Shown here piece after piece: positions 48,222 to 61,684 of a stretch of 64,000 bases of DNA. Position numbers and translations under genes: made by a program. A model generated the notes under the pieces. It ran no database searches. It was not told where the DNA came from and saw only the letters and a program-made list of their open reading frames with translations. Numbering within the stretch: the stretch's first letter is position 1; every line of letters begins with the position of its first letter. The stretch is from Oikopleura dioica (Eukaryota > Animalia > Chordata): contig OU015569.1 in NCBI GenBank assembly GCA_907165135.1, positions 9,672,001-9,736,000 of the forward strand, read 5' to 3'.

Positions 48222-50183
48222 ATGTTAAGACCTATAAGTAGGATACTATCACACAAAACGTACAGGATGAGTGCAACCGAGCAAGAAAGAATAATGCAGC
48301 TGGTAAAACGCATTCTTCCTGACGGAAACGGAATCAACAAAGCCGAGCTCGATGAACTTACCGAAAAGCTCAAAAGCATCACTCCTTCTCCAGGAGCAGG
48401 TGAGAATCTGACTCCTTTCAATAAGTAAATTCTATTCTAAAGAAGGGAAGCCGAAGAAAGCTAAGAAATCGAAGTTGGTGCTCAAAAATGCGAAGGGAAC
48501 AATTGACCAAGGCCCTGCCGAAATGGCTGTTCGCGAAGAACTTTTCGACAAAATCAAAGCTGTATTCAAAACTCACGGAGCTGAAACGATTGATACGCCT
48601 GTATTCGAACTGACGGATATTTTAACGAACAAATACGGCGAGGACTCGAAGCTGATCTATAATGTTGCTAAACCTGAAGGCTCTGACGAGTCACTTTCTC
48701 TTAGGTAATATCGGGACACGCTTTTCCTCTCGCTCAGTATTGAAATTTTAGATACGACCTGACAGTTCCTTTTGCCCGCTTTGTAGCACAGAACAAAATC
48801 CAGAACATAAAACGATACCACATCGCCAAAGTCTATCGACGAGATCAGCCTTACATGACTAAAGGTGACTTTATCAGTCGGGTTTGAACTGGAAATGACT
48901 CGATTTCAGGGCGATATCGAGAGTTCTATCAATGTGATTTTGATATTGCTGGCTCAAATTATGCACCGATGTTCCCTGATGCCGAATGCGTGAAAATCGC
49001 GACAGAGATAATCGACTCCCTCGATATTGGAAAATACACAATCAAAGTAAGAACATGAATTTACGGCAACTCACTTGACTTAATTCTTGTTCTAGCTCAA
49101 CGATAGAAGAATTCTTGATGGAATATTCGCGGCGTGTGGCTGCCCAGACGAGCTTTTCCGAGCCGCATGCGCGGAAGTTGATAAACTCGATAAACTGCCC
49201 TGGACAGCGCCAGATAACGAAGTCAGTGTTCGATGTGGAATGATAAAAAAAGGTGTGAGAGTTCTATCAGACCTTATTTTCTTACTTGTTTTCGCGAAGG
49301 TCTAACAGAAGAATGTGCTGACAAGATCGGCCAGTTTGTTCAACGATCTGGTGGCCAAGATCTCGTGAAGGTAAATTGTCTTGGTTTTTGGGGTTTTATT
49401 AATTGAAATATTTTAGGAGTTATTGGCTGATCCAGTTCTTGGTGCTAATAAATCGGCGACAGAAGGCTTGAAGGAAATGTCTGTGCTGTTGGAATATCTC
49501 GAAGCTTGGAAGATCATGGACAAAGTGTCATTCGATCTCTCATTAGCGCGTGGTCTCGACTACTACACTGGAGTCATCTACGAGATTGTCATGACGCCTA
49601 GCGAAGAGGACATCAAGACTGCGGAAGTAGGAACCACGGTGGGTGTGGGCTCTGTCGCCGCTGGCGGACGATACGACGGTCTTGTTGGCTCTCTTGTCGG
49701 TGGAAAAGGTAAACTTCGAAAGCCTCTTTGCTCGCGCATTACAGATTTTAGGAAAATCAAACGTCCCATGTGTTGGAATAAGTTTTGGAGTGGAAAGATT
49801 GTACACGCTACTAAAACGAAAGAAAGACGCTTCGTCTATCAGAACTACTGCGACGCAAGTTTTTGTCATGTCTGGTCAAAAGAATATGCTCAAAGAGAGA
49901 GCAGCTATTCTCAACGATCTCTGGGAAGCAGGCATTCCCGCGGAGACGAGTTACAAGGTAAGAATTTTATCAAACTTGCTCGTTCAGTAATTTTTAGCCA
50001 AATCCAAAACTTTTGAACGATCTGCAATCTTGTGAGTCCAGGAATATTCCATGGGGAATCGTATTTGGAGAAAGAGAAATCGAAGAAGGAATAGTTTTGC
50101 TGCGAAGCATCACATCGCGCGAGGAAGAAAAAGTTGCAAGAAGCGATTTAGTCAAAATTTTGAAAGAGAAGCTCGCTGTATGA
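48222..50183 (+). CDS. HARS1: Histidyl-tRNA synthetase
   Basis: [90 protein letters not shown]. Confidence 0.97.
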
Positions 50184-50389
50184 GCTCTTTGCTTAGGCTA
50201 ATTTAAATTTCATCCTTCATTTTTTCCTTAGTTCTTGAAAACCTGCTTTATATAAATAATACTAGTTCTAGAATACTAGTACTTCTGTCTGTCCCTGTTT
50301 GTAATCATCGGAATAAGAAGTTGGTGGCTCAAGAGTGAGCTTAGAAGGCTCCAGATCTGATATAGCGTATTTTTTACATTATTTAAGAT

Positions 50390-50849
50390 ATGAGCACAAG
50401 ACGAAGCAAGAGAAAGAAAGTAGAACAGGAAGTTGTGGTGAAGGAAGAGCCTGATATCAAAGTAGAAATAAAGGAAGAATTCACAAGTCCAAAGAAAGGC
50501 AACGAAAAGGTGCAATCCGAACCAGAAGAAACTGTCGTAAAGACAGAACCAGAAGAAACTGTCGTGAAGACCGAACCAGCTGAAACGGCAGTGAAAAGCG
50601 AACCATACGCTTCAGAAGAGTAATTTTTTTCGCTCGTTTTTGAGGCTATATAATTTATAGAGACGAAGATGAGATGACAGACGCGGATAGAGTTGTCCTC
50701 AAAATGGTTGACGGTAAACATAAATTCTTGTTATGTTTTTAATCGAGTGTTCAGAAAGGATGAACTTGTTGCTCGAAAGGTTCGAGAAAAGACAGAAAGA
50801 AGAACGAAAGAAATTGGAGGCACATTTCGCTAAAAATCTTTTTCCGTGA
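50390..50849 (+). CDS. Small acidic protein with repeated psi-K-x-E motifs
   Basis: Exon 1 MSTRRSKRKKVEQEVVVKEEPDIKVEIKEE...VKTEP repeats; two short downstream exons can be joined. Confidence 0.55.
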
Positions 50850-51265
50850 AACAATACTGCCCCCTTGGAAAATAAAAACTGAGCTGAACATAAATCTAGC
50901 CATCTTATTTTCCATTGTGAACTAAGATGGAAGTGCCGATGCCTTTTTCACAGTCAAAATTCCTTTTCCAGTGACCTCTTGCATTCTCAGCCGAATTTAC
51001 ATTCTTGAACAGGATTTCATAAAAATAAGACCGAATCCGCATGCTTGAAAAGTTGGTAGTTCATCGCGGTCCAAAAATGTTTCGTATTTTTTTCGTATTT
51101 TTCAACATCGAAAAAGTTAACGGAAATCTTGTTTTTGAACACGATGCACCGACAGTTATCGTCATGATCGCAAAACGTGGCCAAGTTCTCATTCGACTCA
51201 GCGGCAAAGTTTTTTCACTTTTAAGTTTTTTTTTTGTTTTCTGTTTCTTGCGCTGGTGTCTGGAG

Positions 51266-53495
51266 ATGACAGAAACTCAGAGTCCAGACGATAAATTCCT
51301 AAGAGAGGAGCTAGCCTCCAAGAAGCCAGCTACGCTATCTGGATTAGGTAAACTTCGGTAGTCTGATTGTTTTCGTTTCACAAAAAAATGGATTCACTAG
51401 CTCTTTGTTTATAGTAGAAACTACATATTAAAATCATATTTATAAGACTGTAACAGATTATTAATTAGCTGGTTGGCTTAATCTTGGCTCCGCAATCTTC
51501 AATTTGATGAATGCTGTGATCGGAGCGGGAATTATTAGCCTGGGCTACGCTGCGTCCGTTTTGGGAAGTGCTCAATTTGTCATTTGGTTACTTTTTGTCG
51601 TTGTTATTTCCTGCTTCACGATGGACTTAGTTCTCGCTTGCTCTAAGTATACAGGCAAAGGAGTTCCCGCAGAAATTTTATATTTTCGAAAAAAGACGTT
51701 AATTCTTAAAAGGCTGTTGGGAGGCGATGCAGGAAGAAAAAAATCACAATGAAGTTCTCATAGAGCCCCGTAAAATTTGCCCTCGAACGCATGAATGCAA
51801 CCACACTCGGTATACTTTTCCCATCAAGTAAATGTGTTAATTCTTTCAGCTACTTTTCCTATGAAACGTTTGCAGAAAAACTATTCGGAATATACGTCGT
51901 TTACTTTGTGAACATCATCATGTTTTTCTACCTCTGCATCGCAATCACCACCTATTTTATAATAATGAAGGTTGGTATCGTCGACAGGTTTCGTTAATAA
52001 TTTATTGAAAACATATTGACTCCGATATAAATATATTCCGCTTAAAGTTAAAAATATAGATTTCCAGGATAATTTACCCGACATTGTCGAGGGAATTTTA
52101 ACTCTGAGAGGAATACAAATCGACGAAGCGAAGCACTCTAGCGAATGGTACTTGAACGGGAAAATTCTACTTGGCCTAATGGTCATTGTCATCCAATTAC
52201 CACTGGCGATGCTGAGACGGATCGACTTCTTGGGTTTCACATCGTTTATAGGTATCTTACTTCGTTAATGTTACTTTTTCATGTTTCTCAGGAATGGCTT
52301 GCATGATGTCGTTTGTTGGCCTCGTCATTCAAAAGCAGCCGGAAGCTGCAGCCCTCTGTGGGAACATTACCTACTCAGAGCCTTATCCGACGCCTACTTG
52401 CGAGACTGAGCTGTTCACTTTCTCCGTCAATTCCGTTTACGCTATTCCAATGATGCTGTTTTCGGTAAGCCCCAAAAAAGAATTAGAAATGAAATCCTTA
52501 GTTCATGTGCCATGGAAACATTCTCTCCATTGTCGCCGAGCTCCGTCCTCTTCCTTCTTGCAAGTCGATCTTTCCATCTATAAAAAGAACTCGCCTCCTC
52601 ATTATTGGTGCCGTTTCTCCAACTACTATTCTATATATCTTGACAGCTCTCTTTGCATACGCGTCTTATTTTAATAGAACAGAGTCCTTTCTCTTGAAGG
52701 AATATGGGTAAGTATTTAATCTTATTCCGCTATGACCACCAATTCTAGTTACTGGCTGAATGGAGATATAATGCTTTTAGCGGCTCGTATATTAGTTACA
52801 CTATGCATTACATTTTCGGTAAGAACATCATTCGAAATCTGCGTTTTCAAGTCGCTTAGGTTCCGATTCTTCATTATCCCTGCCGCTATTCTTTCTGGAA
52901 GTTATTGAATCGCCTTGCCCCTAACACAATCCCTGTTCCTTACGATAATGCGTTTCAAGACACTTGGAACCCTACTTGGTACCGCATGTTCGCGATCATC
53001 ATTCAAGGCACGATTTATGCACTTGTCTGCATTACTGGTATGCTTAATAATATCTACAGTAGATGACTTTCTATCTTGAGATGACTTCAAATTGGTCCTC
53101 AGCCTTGGTGGCGCAATCGCAGGTTCCTGCATCATCCAGATTTTTCCCTCGATGTTCTATCTCAAGGTGAACTATTAAAACAAGGAGGGCTAATAATGTG
53201 ACTTTATTTAAGATTCACGACTGGAACCATAGAGGAATTTACAATAAATTAGTTTGGCTGATCTTGGGCCTTGGCTGGGTCACGTTCTTCTTCAACACTT
53301 CGCTTATAATCATTCAGGTAATTTACAAATTCTGGAGGATCTACCCTGATCTATCCTGTTCAGAGCATCGCCGCTAGAAGTGATGGAGGCGACAACGATT
53401 TCTACGACGAGCAAAACAAGGTCGGCTTCGAGGTTATGGGCAGAGGTCTCTCGAACCTGACGGAAGCGATTCTGCCAACGAACTCCACTGCCTGA
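51266..53495 (+). CDS. SLC38-family amino acid transporter
   Basis: FNLMNAVIGAGIISLGYA, SYETFAEKLFG, LPLAMLRRIDFLGFTS, FMCHGNIL, LGGAIAGSCIIQIFP; multiple TM exons. Confidence 0.9.
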
Positions 53496-53737
53496 TTCAA
53501 AACTCCATTCCGTTTTCAAAGTTCACCTTTTCACAAGTTCATGGATTATTCACTGCCCGCTTTTTATAAACAATTCTTTATATTATTTATTCAATTGTCG
53601 ATAATTCTTTCTAATATTGAAGAAGCACAGGATTTTTGGCAGAAATGCTTTCCGTTTTAAAACGGTTGATCTAGAAGTGGTATTGAAGGGTATATAGAAG
53701 TACTACTACAGAAGTAGATTACAGGTAAACAGGGCCG

Positions 53738-55844
53738 CTATAAGTCGCCTTCGGGAAATAGCCATGTGAGCTTCGGTAGATCTTCGACTCCAGGAAGGCA
53801 AATGTCCAATATCGACTCATCATCTGAAATTTAACTCTGTTAATCAAAATAGAATGTTTCTAGAGTTTGATGTGTTTCTCAGGGTGTTTCCCACTTGCTC
53901 TTTTGCTTTTCTCAATTGCTCCCTACATGCAAACAAATATTTTCTAGAGCTCAAAGTGTTTCCCACCTTGTTTCTCACCTTATTTCTCAGCAATAAAAAC
54001 AAGCAAAATGAAGAATTTCTAGATTTCCTAGCGTTTCCCACCTTGTTTCTCAGGCGTAAAAATTCATTTCTTTTCTATTTTTTGCCCTTAATAATGTAAA
54101 TTTTTCATAATTACCAGTAATATCCACAGCCATGCGATCGAAGAAAACAGTCTGAGTCCAACTGGATAATGGGGATCCGATAAATTTGGTGGATAGATAC
54201 ATGATCTCTTGCTCCAAGTGCGAGAGTAAATAGTTCGTATCCAATAGATAGCTCTTTTCTGGAAGTTTTGTCCTGACCCAATGCCGCAAATCATCAACTG
54301 TTCTCAACGATGGTATTTTCCGCCGGAAAGCAGCCATAGTGTTATTTATCTAAAATTTTGACCATCAATCTTCGATTACTTTTACAAGCACACCCACCTG
54401 AGGAGGACCAGTAATGTAGCCATGATTGATGTCCAGATCCTTGAGTCGACTCTTCAAGTTTGAAGTCATTTTTTCAAGCAATCGCTCATCTCCATCGATG
54501 AGCAGTTCCGCATATTCGCAGATCTGCCCATTTCGCGCTTTCGCAGCTTCGGGCCTCGACTCTTTACACATGTCATTCCAGTCATACTTATCGTAACGCC
54601 AGTGGATGCCCGCGAAGGTTTCTCCGTGAAAAGCATCGCGGAAAAACTCAATAGCTGTTGTCTTTTATGTGTTTACTAAAGATAGGATGAATAAGTAGTC
54701 ATCTTTAGCTGAAACAAAGATACTTCGTTTGGAAAAAGCGAATCTTTAGAAACTCTGCCTGAATATCATGTGGTCTTCGCACGTAGGGTCCATATTCCTT
54801 CCAAAGTTTCATGTAGCGCTCTCTATCTCCAAGGCACTTCTTTCCGATAGCGAGTCCGATACAGTTGGACTCGTGAAGCTCGATTTTCCTTGCGAGATTG
54901 TACATATTCCGAGAGAGCTCGTGCGTCGGATGGAAATGAGCTACATTCATTCGATGGGCCACCTTTACTCCCGTCGCAGCGTTGAAATACTTGAATCCCT
55001 GGTGTCGCTTTGGGTCGATGTCTCCACACTAATAATTTTTTATCAGGAAAACAAATCACCAGAATCATTTACCTCAATAAGAGTCTCAATGGTCTTTCCA
55101 CACGCAAGCTCGAACTCGGAATACGGAATGGCCGGATGAAACGAGCGGAGAAGATCAAAATCGACCGTGTGTTCCGGGTTTGTTTCAATCTCAACAGTGT
55201 AATCTGTATCAAAGATGGGCACTTTCACTTTCGGAATGTACTTTTCATTGGGATCAGCGTTTTCTCCAGGATTCACAAAGATCTCCATTCTTGGATGTCG
55301 ATGAAAAGGGGGAATAACTTTTTTGAGGTCAATTCACTGACTTTCTCTAAATTCATGATTTTTAACAATTTTCATTGACCAGAACCTAGTGTCAAGTTCA
55401 TCATTTTTGCAATGGGGATGGCCTCCTTAAAATGTCGGAACAAGTTATTTGGTCCAACGTCGAAGGGAAGAACAGGCACAAGATATTTGCCAACGATAGA
55501 CTCCTTGATTCCACCCAGAGTTGGCCGTCGAAATTTTGCGATCGAGTAGTATTGGCGATTTCGATCATTCATCAGTTTTTGAATATCCATATCTTTGAGG
55601 AGCTCTTGTTTGCGATTTTCACGGATCGATGTCGCCTCCAAACTCGTGTCCACATACACTCCAATTGTAAGAACTAAAAACTATTTTCATGGACTCAGGC
55701 GAAAACTTTACCGGTTAAAGAAAGTGTACTGGCAACGACGACAATGCACAAGTACTTAATGATTCCATTTTCTGTTTCTCTCCTCGGCCTATGTCTTCTC
55801 GATAGCTCTCTGCGATGTCTTCTTGACCCCTTTTCAGAGACCAT
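53738..55844 (-). CDS. O-fucosyltransferase-family (GT-B) type II membrane protein
   Basis: N-terminal TM, KYLVPVLPFDVGPNNLFRHFKEAIPIAKMMNLTL, GIHWRY and LSHLEQEIMYLSTKFIGSPLSSWT resemble POFUT-type motifs. Confidence 0.6.
53844..54052. repeat. Dispersed repeat, copy 2 (in the last intron of the O-FucT-like gene)
   Basis: Reverse-complement match to 45776-45911, plus internal TTTCCCACCTTGTTTCTCA subrepeats. Confidence 0.75.
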
Positions 55845-56853
55845 GTTTTATAAAATCAGAACTAAAACGATAGTAGATTCATTTTTCGCTGTTAAGCTTT
55901 TCGGATAAGCTGTAGATTTTCCGGACGAGTTTAATGACTCGCAGCGCAAAAATAGCCAAGGGCGCTGTCAACATTTCCTGGCATGTAGTAAATGCACCGT
56001 TACTCGGCATTATAACCACTACCTCGATAATTAAAGCGTCGTCAAATGTACCGGGAACTTTCTCATGCTCACTCTTTTTGTCGAGATGCCTCTGATAAAT
56101 GTATCTTCCATGTCATCTATCGATCAGAGTGCAACAAGTCCAAGAATTACTGGAGTGCAATTACTTTGAATTATGATTCTTCTAATTCTGCGATGAATTT
56201 CTAGAAGCGCCCTCCTGTTTTTCTTATTTTCCCTCTTCGTCTCATTCCGCAGCGAATGCTCGGGTCCACCCACAGAAGTTATTATCGTAAGTCTTAAAGA
56301 ATTCTTCACTACTTTACCATATTTGTAGTGAACATGATGTCGTTGATATCGATTCAAAGTCTGAAAGAGAGACAATCATTTTAAATGATTTCTCAAGTAT
56401 TTCGAAGCCATTCGAAACTCCTGTCGAAGGAAGTCAATATCTATCGTTACAGGCAACGCAGCGTCGATGAATGAAGGTCTAGCTGACAATCCTGTAACAC
56501 ATTCTATTGTCCAAAAAGGACTGCTTACTCCAAACTTACTCCTGAATAAAATCAATTTCTTTCAAACAACTTTTCGAAGATGCTTTTTTCTTCGCCTGAC
56601 TCGCGTGGGAAAAAAGAGCCTTCAACAATTCTAGTTTTTTGTTTGCAATTGATCAAGTGTTAGAATTACTCAGATTTATCAGTCAAACGGACATTGTATT
56701 CATTTTTACAATCAATATTTACAGATGGAAGATGAATAGTTAACACTCAGGTTTTACCCTTTGCTCATATGGCCAGAGTTCAAATTAAGCTCGAAGACAC
56801 TGCAAATTCACAGAGTGAAAAGAAATTAGAAAAAAAATCGAGTAAGTCGGGCT

Positions 56854-59800
56854 TTATGGCTGAGCAAGATTATCATTGAACTCTGGATATAGCGAAACTT
56901 TAGGCATGGTGGTTGAGTAGGCCCAGCTGGCGATTCCAGCAAAGCATATCAGTCCACTAGTCATGGCAATAGATGTGATGAAAACAGCTTGATTTGATTC
57001 CATAACCGTATTAGCTGCTTTGATACATTTGGGTGGCATACTGACTAAATTCAAAAAGGGATAACATTATGATACAGTTTGTATAAATGGCGAGCTGTTT
57101 TGAATTTTCCTGGACCAGTGGCCATCGATAAGACATTCGGCAGTTTGATTGCCGCTGAGAGCACTCCCTTCGCCGCAGTCAAAGTCAAGGGTAAAACCAG
57201 CGGGTACTCGTGTTAGCAAGGATTCGTTCATGTGGCTCATTGGACAACATGGACCAGCACATGCAGATTTTGTGCAATAAACATGCTGGCATTTTTTAGC
57301 CCTTTCTTCGTTGCCCTCCTGGTAGATAGGAACTATCGTCGGCTGGCGGATTAAATTTTCCTCTTCTTGCACTTCTAATGGCTTACAAGTTTTAGTAAAT
57401 TATGATCTCTTTTGAAACTAATGATCGAAAACATTCCTGAGAAGTAGTTGTGCTAGTTGTAGATCTTGATGTGAGCTTTGTCTCGCAATTTCTGCCGATA
57501 TAGCCTGGACTACAGTTACAAATATAGCCAGCTTCTCCGTTCGGAAGATTCGAACAGAAACCAGTCTCACCACAAGGCCGTGTAAAGCAATAATCTTGGT
57601 TCTGGCAGAATTCGCCGGAAAATCCCGGTGGACAGGCGCAAGTAATTCCTCCCAAAACTGGAAAGCACTGTCCTCCATTCAGACACTCTCGTCTTCTTGA
57701 AATGCAGAAGTTAACTTCTTGCGAACAGTCAGCGCCAGTGTAATTGCTTGTGCATTCACACTCAAATCCAGGCCCATTCAGGTTCACACAAATTCCTGAG
57801 TTTGCGCAAGAGTCAGAACTACAGTCGTTGATGTCTTCTTCGCAAAAGGTCCCTGTAAATCCGGGAGGACAGTCGCACGCAAATGCAGCAACCATATCCA
57901 AGCATATGCCACCGTTCTCACACTCTACTCCTATACAATCGTCTTGATCTATCTCGCAGAATTCTCCACTGAAACCGGACGGGCATTGACATTCGAATCC
58001 ATTAATAAGATCGATACAAGTTCCACCATTGCAGTCGATATCTTGACATTCATTTATATCATTTTCGCACAACTGGCCGCTAAACCCTGCGTAGCAACTG
58101 CATTGAAAATCGCCAATTCCATCCAAACAGTCTCCATGGTCACTTTAAGGAGGCAAAATAATATAATAGGCTTAACTTGCTTCTCCTAGCACTGAAATGT
58201 GTTCAATTACATAATTGCATTACTTTTTTATTGAACAAATATTGCCTTTCCTGCAGGTGATTCCAGAACAATCATCGTTGTTTATCTCACAGTAATCTCC
58301 TGAGAAGCCGTCTTCACAATTGCAAGAAAACGAGTTGATACCATCGACACAGACGCCATTATTACAATTAACTTCTGCACATTCATCCACATCAATGGTA
58401 CAAAACTCTCCTGAATAACCCGGAAAACAATCGCACGTAAACCCTGTTGAATTTCGCTCACAAACACCATTGTTGCAGTCAACACCAGCGCAAGGATCAG
58501 CGTTCACCTCACAAAAGAGTCCTGTATATCCTGGCTCGCATTCACACCGGAAAGACTCAATTTGATCGATACAAATCCCATTATTACACTGGACATCGAT
58601 ACAATCATCGATGTTCGTTTCGCAATGCTCACCAGAAAATCCATTGAAACACTCGCACAAGTAAGAGTCAATGCCATCCACGCATACACCGTTATTGCAA
58701 TCTGCTAGCGCACAATTATCTTCGTTGATGTCACAGAGTGAGCCCGTGAATCCCTCGTTACAAACACATGTAAAGGTGTTTGCTCCATCTATACAAGCAC
58801 CATTGTTGCAGTCAACTCCCAAACAATCATCGTTATTGATTTGGCAAAACTCTCCGCTAAAGCCAGGGTCACAATTACATTCGAAAGAATCCAGATCGGC
58901 TGTAATCAAGATAAAAACGGCAATTGAAAAAATAAATATCCGAGATTTTATCCTTGACTTGGCAAGTTCCGTCATTGCAGTTAATTCCAAAACAATAGTC
59001 AATACTTTGATCACATGTATTCCCTGTAAAACCGGGGTCACACTCGCATACAAAGGAGTTGATCCCGTCAGTGCATCTTCCATTGTTGCAATTTACACCA
59101 ATACAGTCATCGATGTTTTCTTCGCAAAAGCTACCCCTGAATCCGATTGTGCAAATGCATTCAAATCCATCTAAAATTCGCATCAAATATTTTTCATGGA
59201 AAATCGTTCTTACCTATCAAGTCCTCACAAACTCCTCCATTTAGACATAATACATCAGCACAGTCATCAGTATTTATGTCACAAAATCTGCCTTCATAAC
59301 CAGAGAAACACTCGCATGTATAATTGTTAATAGCATCCAAGCATTCTCCAAACTGACATTGATGGAATTCACAATCGTAAATGTTGACTTCGCAAAATTC
59401 GCCACTAAAACATTCGAAATTGATAATTCAATTCGGTTAACTCACGAGTAACCAAGGTCGCAGCGGCATTCATAACCCTGCACAAGGTCCACACATCGGC
59501 CATTTTGGCAGCTATGACCGACGCAGTCGTCGATATTGATTTCGCAGGCTGTTCCTGTGAATCCTGGAAAGCAGTCGCAGTAGCCACCATCATTACAATC
59601 TCCATTTTGGCAGTAATTCGGAAATTGTTCACAGAATGTTTTTTCTACTTCGCAGAACTCGCCTTTATATGTATGAGGACAGATGCATGTGGCCATGTTG
59701 TCTGTTATAGGCTTTATAAAATGTTTTACGTAGATCCTATTTTAGCTATTATCTAAAAACCTTTTCTTCTGTCACACAACGACCACCATTTTGGCAAGAA

Positions 59801-60342
59801 TTGTCGGAACAAGGGTCCGCAATTACCTTATCCAGTCTTATTCTAAAACCACTTCGTAAATTGTCGTCGTTGGTGCCAACACTTCCATCAGAAAGGAATT
59901 CGATTTCAATGGGCCCCGTAAAAGCCATTTCGTTTTGCCAAGATTCAGGGGTAGTTGACCCTCCTCTGTCGCCGCAATATGCGTTTCCATTTATGAAAAT
60001 ACCGTCATAACCGCAGTCATCAGAATACTCGATGTTTATATGCTCGAACAGAACACGAATTGGCACTCCTTGCTCACCGAATTTCCAGCGGCAGCTAAAA
60101 CAAATTTATGTTCATTCCAATACATGAAGTCGAATTAACTCTAAATCTGACGGGTAGGCCCATTCGTCTTCGTATTCAAGCTCAATAATTGCCGAATTGC
60201 CTTCGATCTCTTTCGGGTACTCCCACTCATTATTTCCATAAAGTAGTCCTTCCGGGTCTATGCACTGCAATCTAACGCCCTCAATCAGAAAAACAAGGAA
60301 TATGCCTGTTTTTGAAAAAATCCGAGAAATTCTTTTTGGCAT
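56854..60342 (-). CDS. CUB + about 20 EGF-like repeats + sushi + TM protein (fibropellin/SNED1/Notch-like architecture)
   Basis: Signal-like N-terminus, CUB (DDCGYDGIFING...YCG...IEFLSDGS...SGF), Ca-binding EGF repeats (NIDDC...C..G..G..C), CCP-like module and C-terminal TM. Confidence 0.85.
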
Positions 60343-60596
60343 TTTGAATTCTTGCGCGTCTTTGTCGCAAGTGGCTCATCGAGTCTTTTGATTTTGCCAC
60401 TTTTTGTTCGGATTTTTCGCTTTTAATTCTCTTTCATTCCACTTATCTGACATCTTCAAGCATTTTCCCAAACACAACACATTACAGAACTTTCGAACAT
60501 AACATTCGGAGACGAGATTTTAGCAATAAGTTCGAACTCGTATCTATTGTAAAGCATAACCATACTTTTTGGTAGATCAAAGCTTTGCAAGTTTGT

Positions 60597-60612
60597 GGCC
60601 CTTAAAAGGGCC
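60597..60612 (-). promoter_or_regulatory. Histone 3' stem-loop (H2B copy 2)
   Basis: GGCCCTTTTAAGGGCC. Confidence 0.9.
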
Positions 60613-60638
60613 TGTTTTTTAAACGTCAAGTAAAAAAT

Positions 60639-60977
60639 TTACTTAGACGCGGTGTACTTGGTGACAGCCTTAGTACCTTCAGAGAGGGCGTGCTTGGCAA
60701 GCTCTCCGGGGAAGAGGAGTCGACAAGCAGTCTGGATCTCCCGGGAGGAGATCGTCGACTTTTTGTTGATCTTGGCGAGGCGGGAAGCTTCACAACCGAC
60801 ACGGTCAAAGATGTCGCACACGAACGAATTCATGATCGACATGGCTTTGGAGGAGATTCCTTGGTCGGGGTGGACCTGCTTCAGCACCTTGTAGATGTAG
60901 GTCTGGAAGGACTCCTTTCGGGCCTTTCGGTACTTGCGGGCGGCGGCGGCGGCGGGCTTGGCGGGAGTTTTGGCCAT
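60639..60977 (-). CDS. H2B: Histone H2B variant, Cys-containing (copy 2)
   Basis: Protein as copy 1 except T to A in the N-terminal tail. Confidence 0.96.
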   Translation of the reverse strand: MAKTPAKPAAAAARKYRKARKESFQTYIYKVLKQVHPDQGISSKAMSIMNSFVCDIFDRVGCEASRLAKINKKSTISSREIQTACRLLFPGELAKHALSEGTKAVTKYTASK

Positions 60978-61270
60978 TTTGGTGTTTTCGACTTTTTTCA
61001 ATTGTCGGACTGTGAAGATCTCGCTCAAACGCGGCTTTATATACAGATTGCTGGGAAGGACCCGCCTACGCACCTCTAGAAAGTTTCTGGCGAAGATTTG
61101 TTTTTCTCTCTGCGCTTTCCAGAGATTCTGCGCGTTGGTCGTTGTTGTTTTTCTCTTTTTTGCGAAAAAAGTTTCTAGAGCGGGCTGTTGTTCTTCCCAC
61201 CGGTGCCTATATAAAGGGCCCGAGAAGGCGGGGCTGCTCATTCTCACTTTTGACTCTGAAAGTGCAAGAC

Positions 61271-61639
61271 ATGTCCGGACGAAAATCCCTCAACAAGAAG
61301 ACCAAGGCTGGCAAGAAGAGCCGCTCCGCCCGCGCTGGACTTGCGTTCCCCGTCGGCCGAGTGCACCGAATGCTTCGCAACGGCAACTGGGCTGATCGAA
61401 TCGGCGCCGGTGCTCCAGTCTACTTGGCCGCCGTCCTCGAGTACCTCACCGCCGAGGTCGTCGAGCTGGCTGGCAACGCTGCCCGGGACAACAAGAAGAG
61501 CCGAATCAACCCCCGACACATCCAGCTCGCCGTCAGAAACGACGAAGAGCTGCAGCGACTCTGCGGCGGAGTCACCATCGCTCAGGGTGGTGTCCTCCCC
61601 CACATCAACCCTGTCCTTCTTCCCAAGAAGAAGAACTAA
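61271..61639 (+). CDS. H2A: Histone H2A variant (copy 2)
   Basis: Protein identical to the H2A at 35529-35897. Confidence 0.96.
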   Translation: MSGRKSLNKKTKAGKKSRSARAGLAFPVGRVHRMLRNGNWADRIGAGAPVYLAAVLEYLTAEVVELAGNAARDNKKSRINPRHIQLAVRNDEELQRLCGGVTIAQGGVLPHINPVLLPKKKN

Positions 61640-61668
61640 GGACGTCTTTTAGACGCTTCTTCAAAACC

Positions 61669-61684
61669 GGCCCTTTTAAGGGCC
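61669..61684 (+). promoter_or_regulatory. Histone 3' stem-loop (H2A copy 2)
   Basis: GGCCCTTTTAAGGGCC. Confidence 0.9.

Noticed and set aside
56124-56375. 83-aa minus-strand ORF between the EGF and O-FucT-like genes
   Set aside because: No recognisable motif, start context or splice support.
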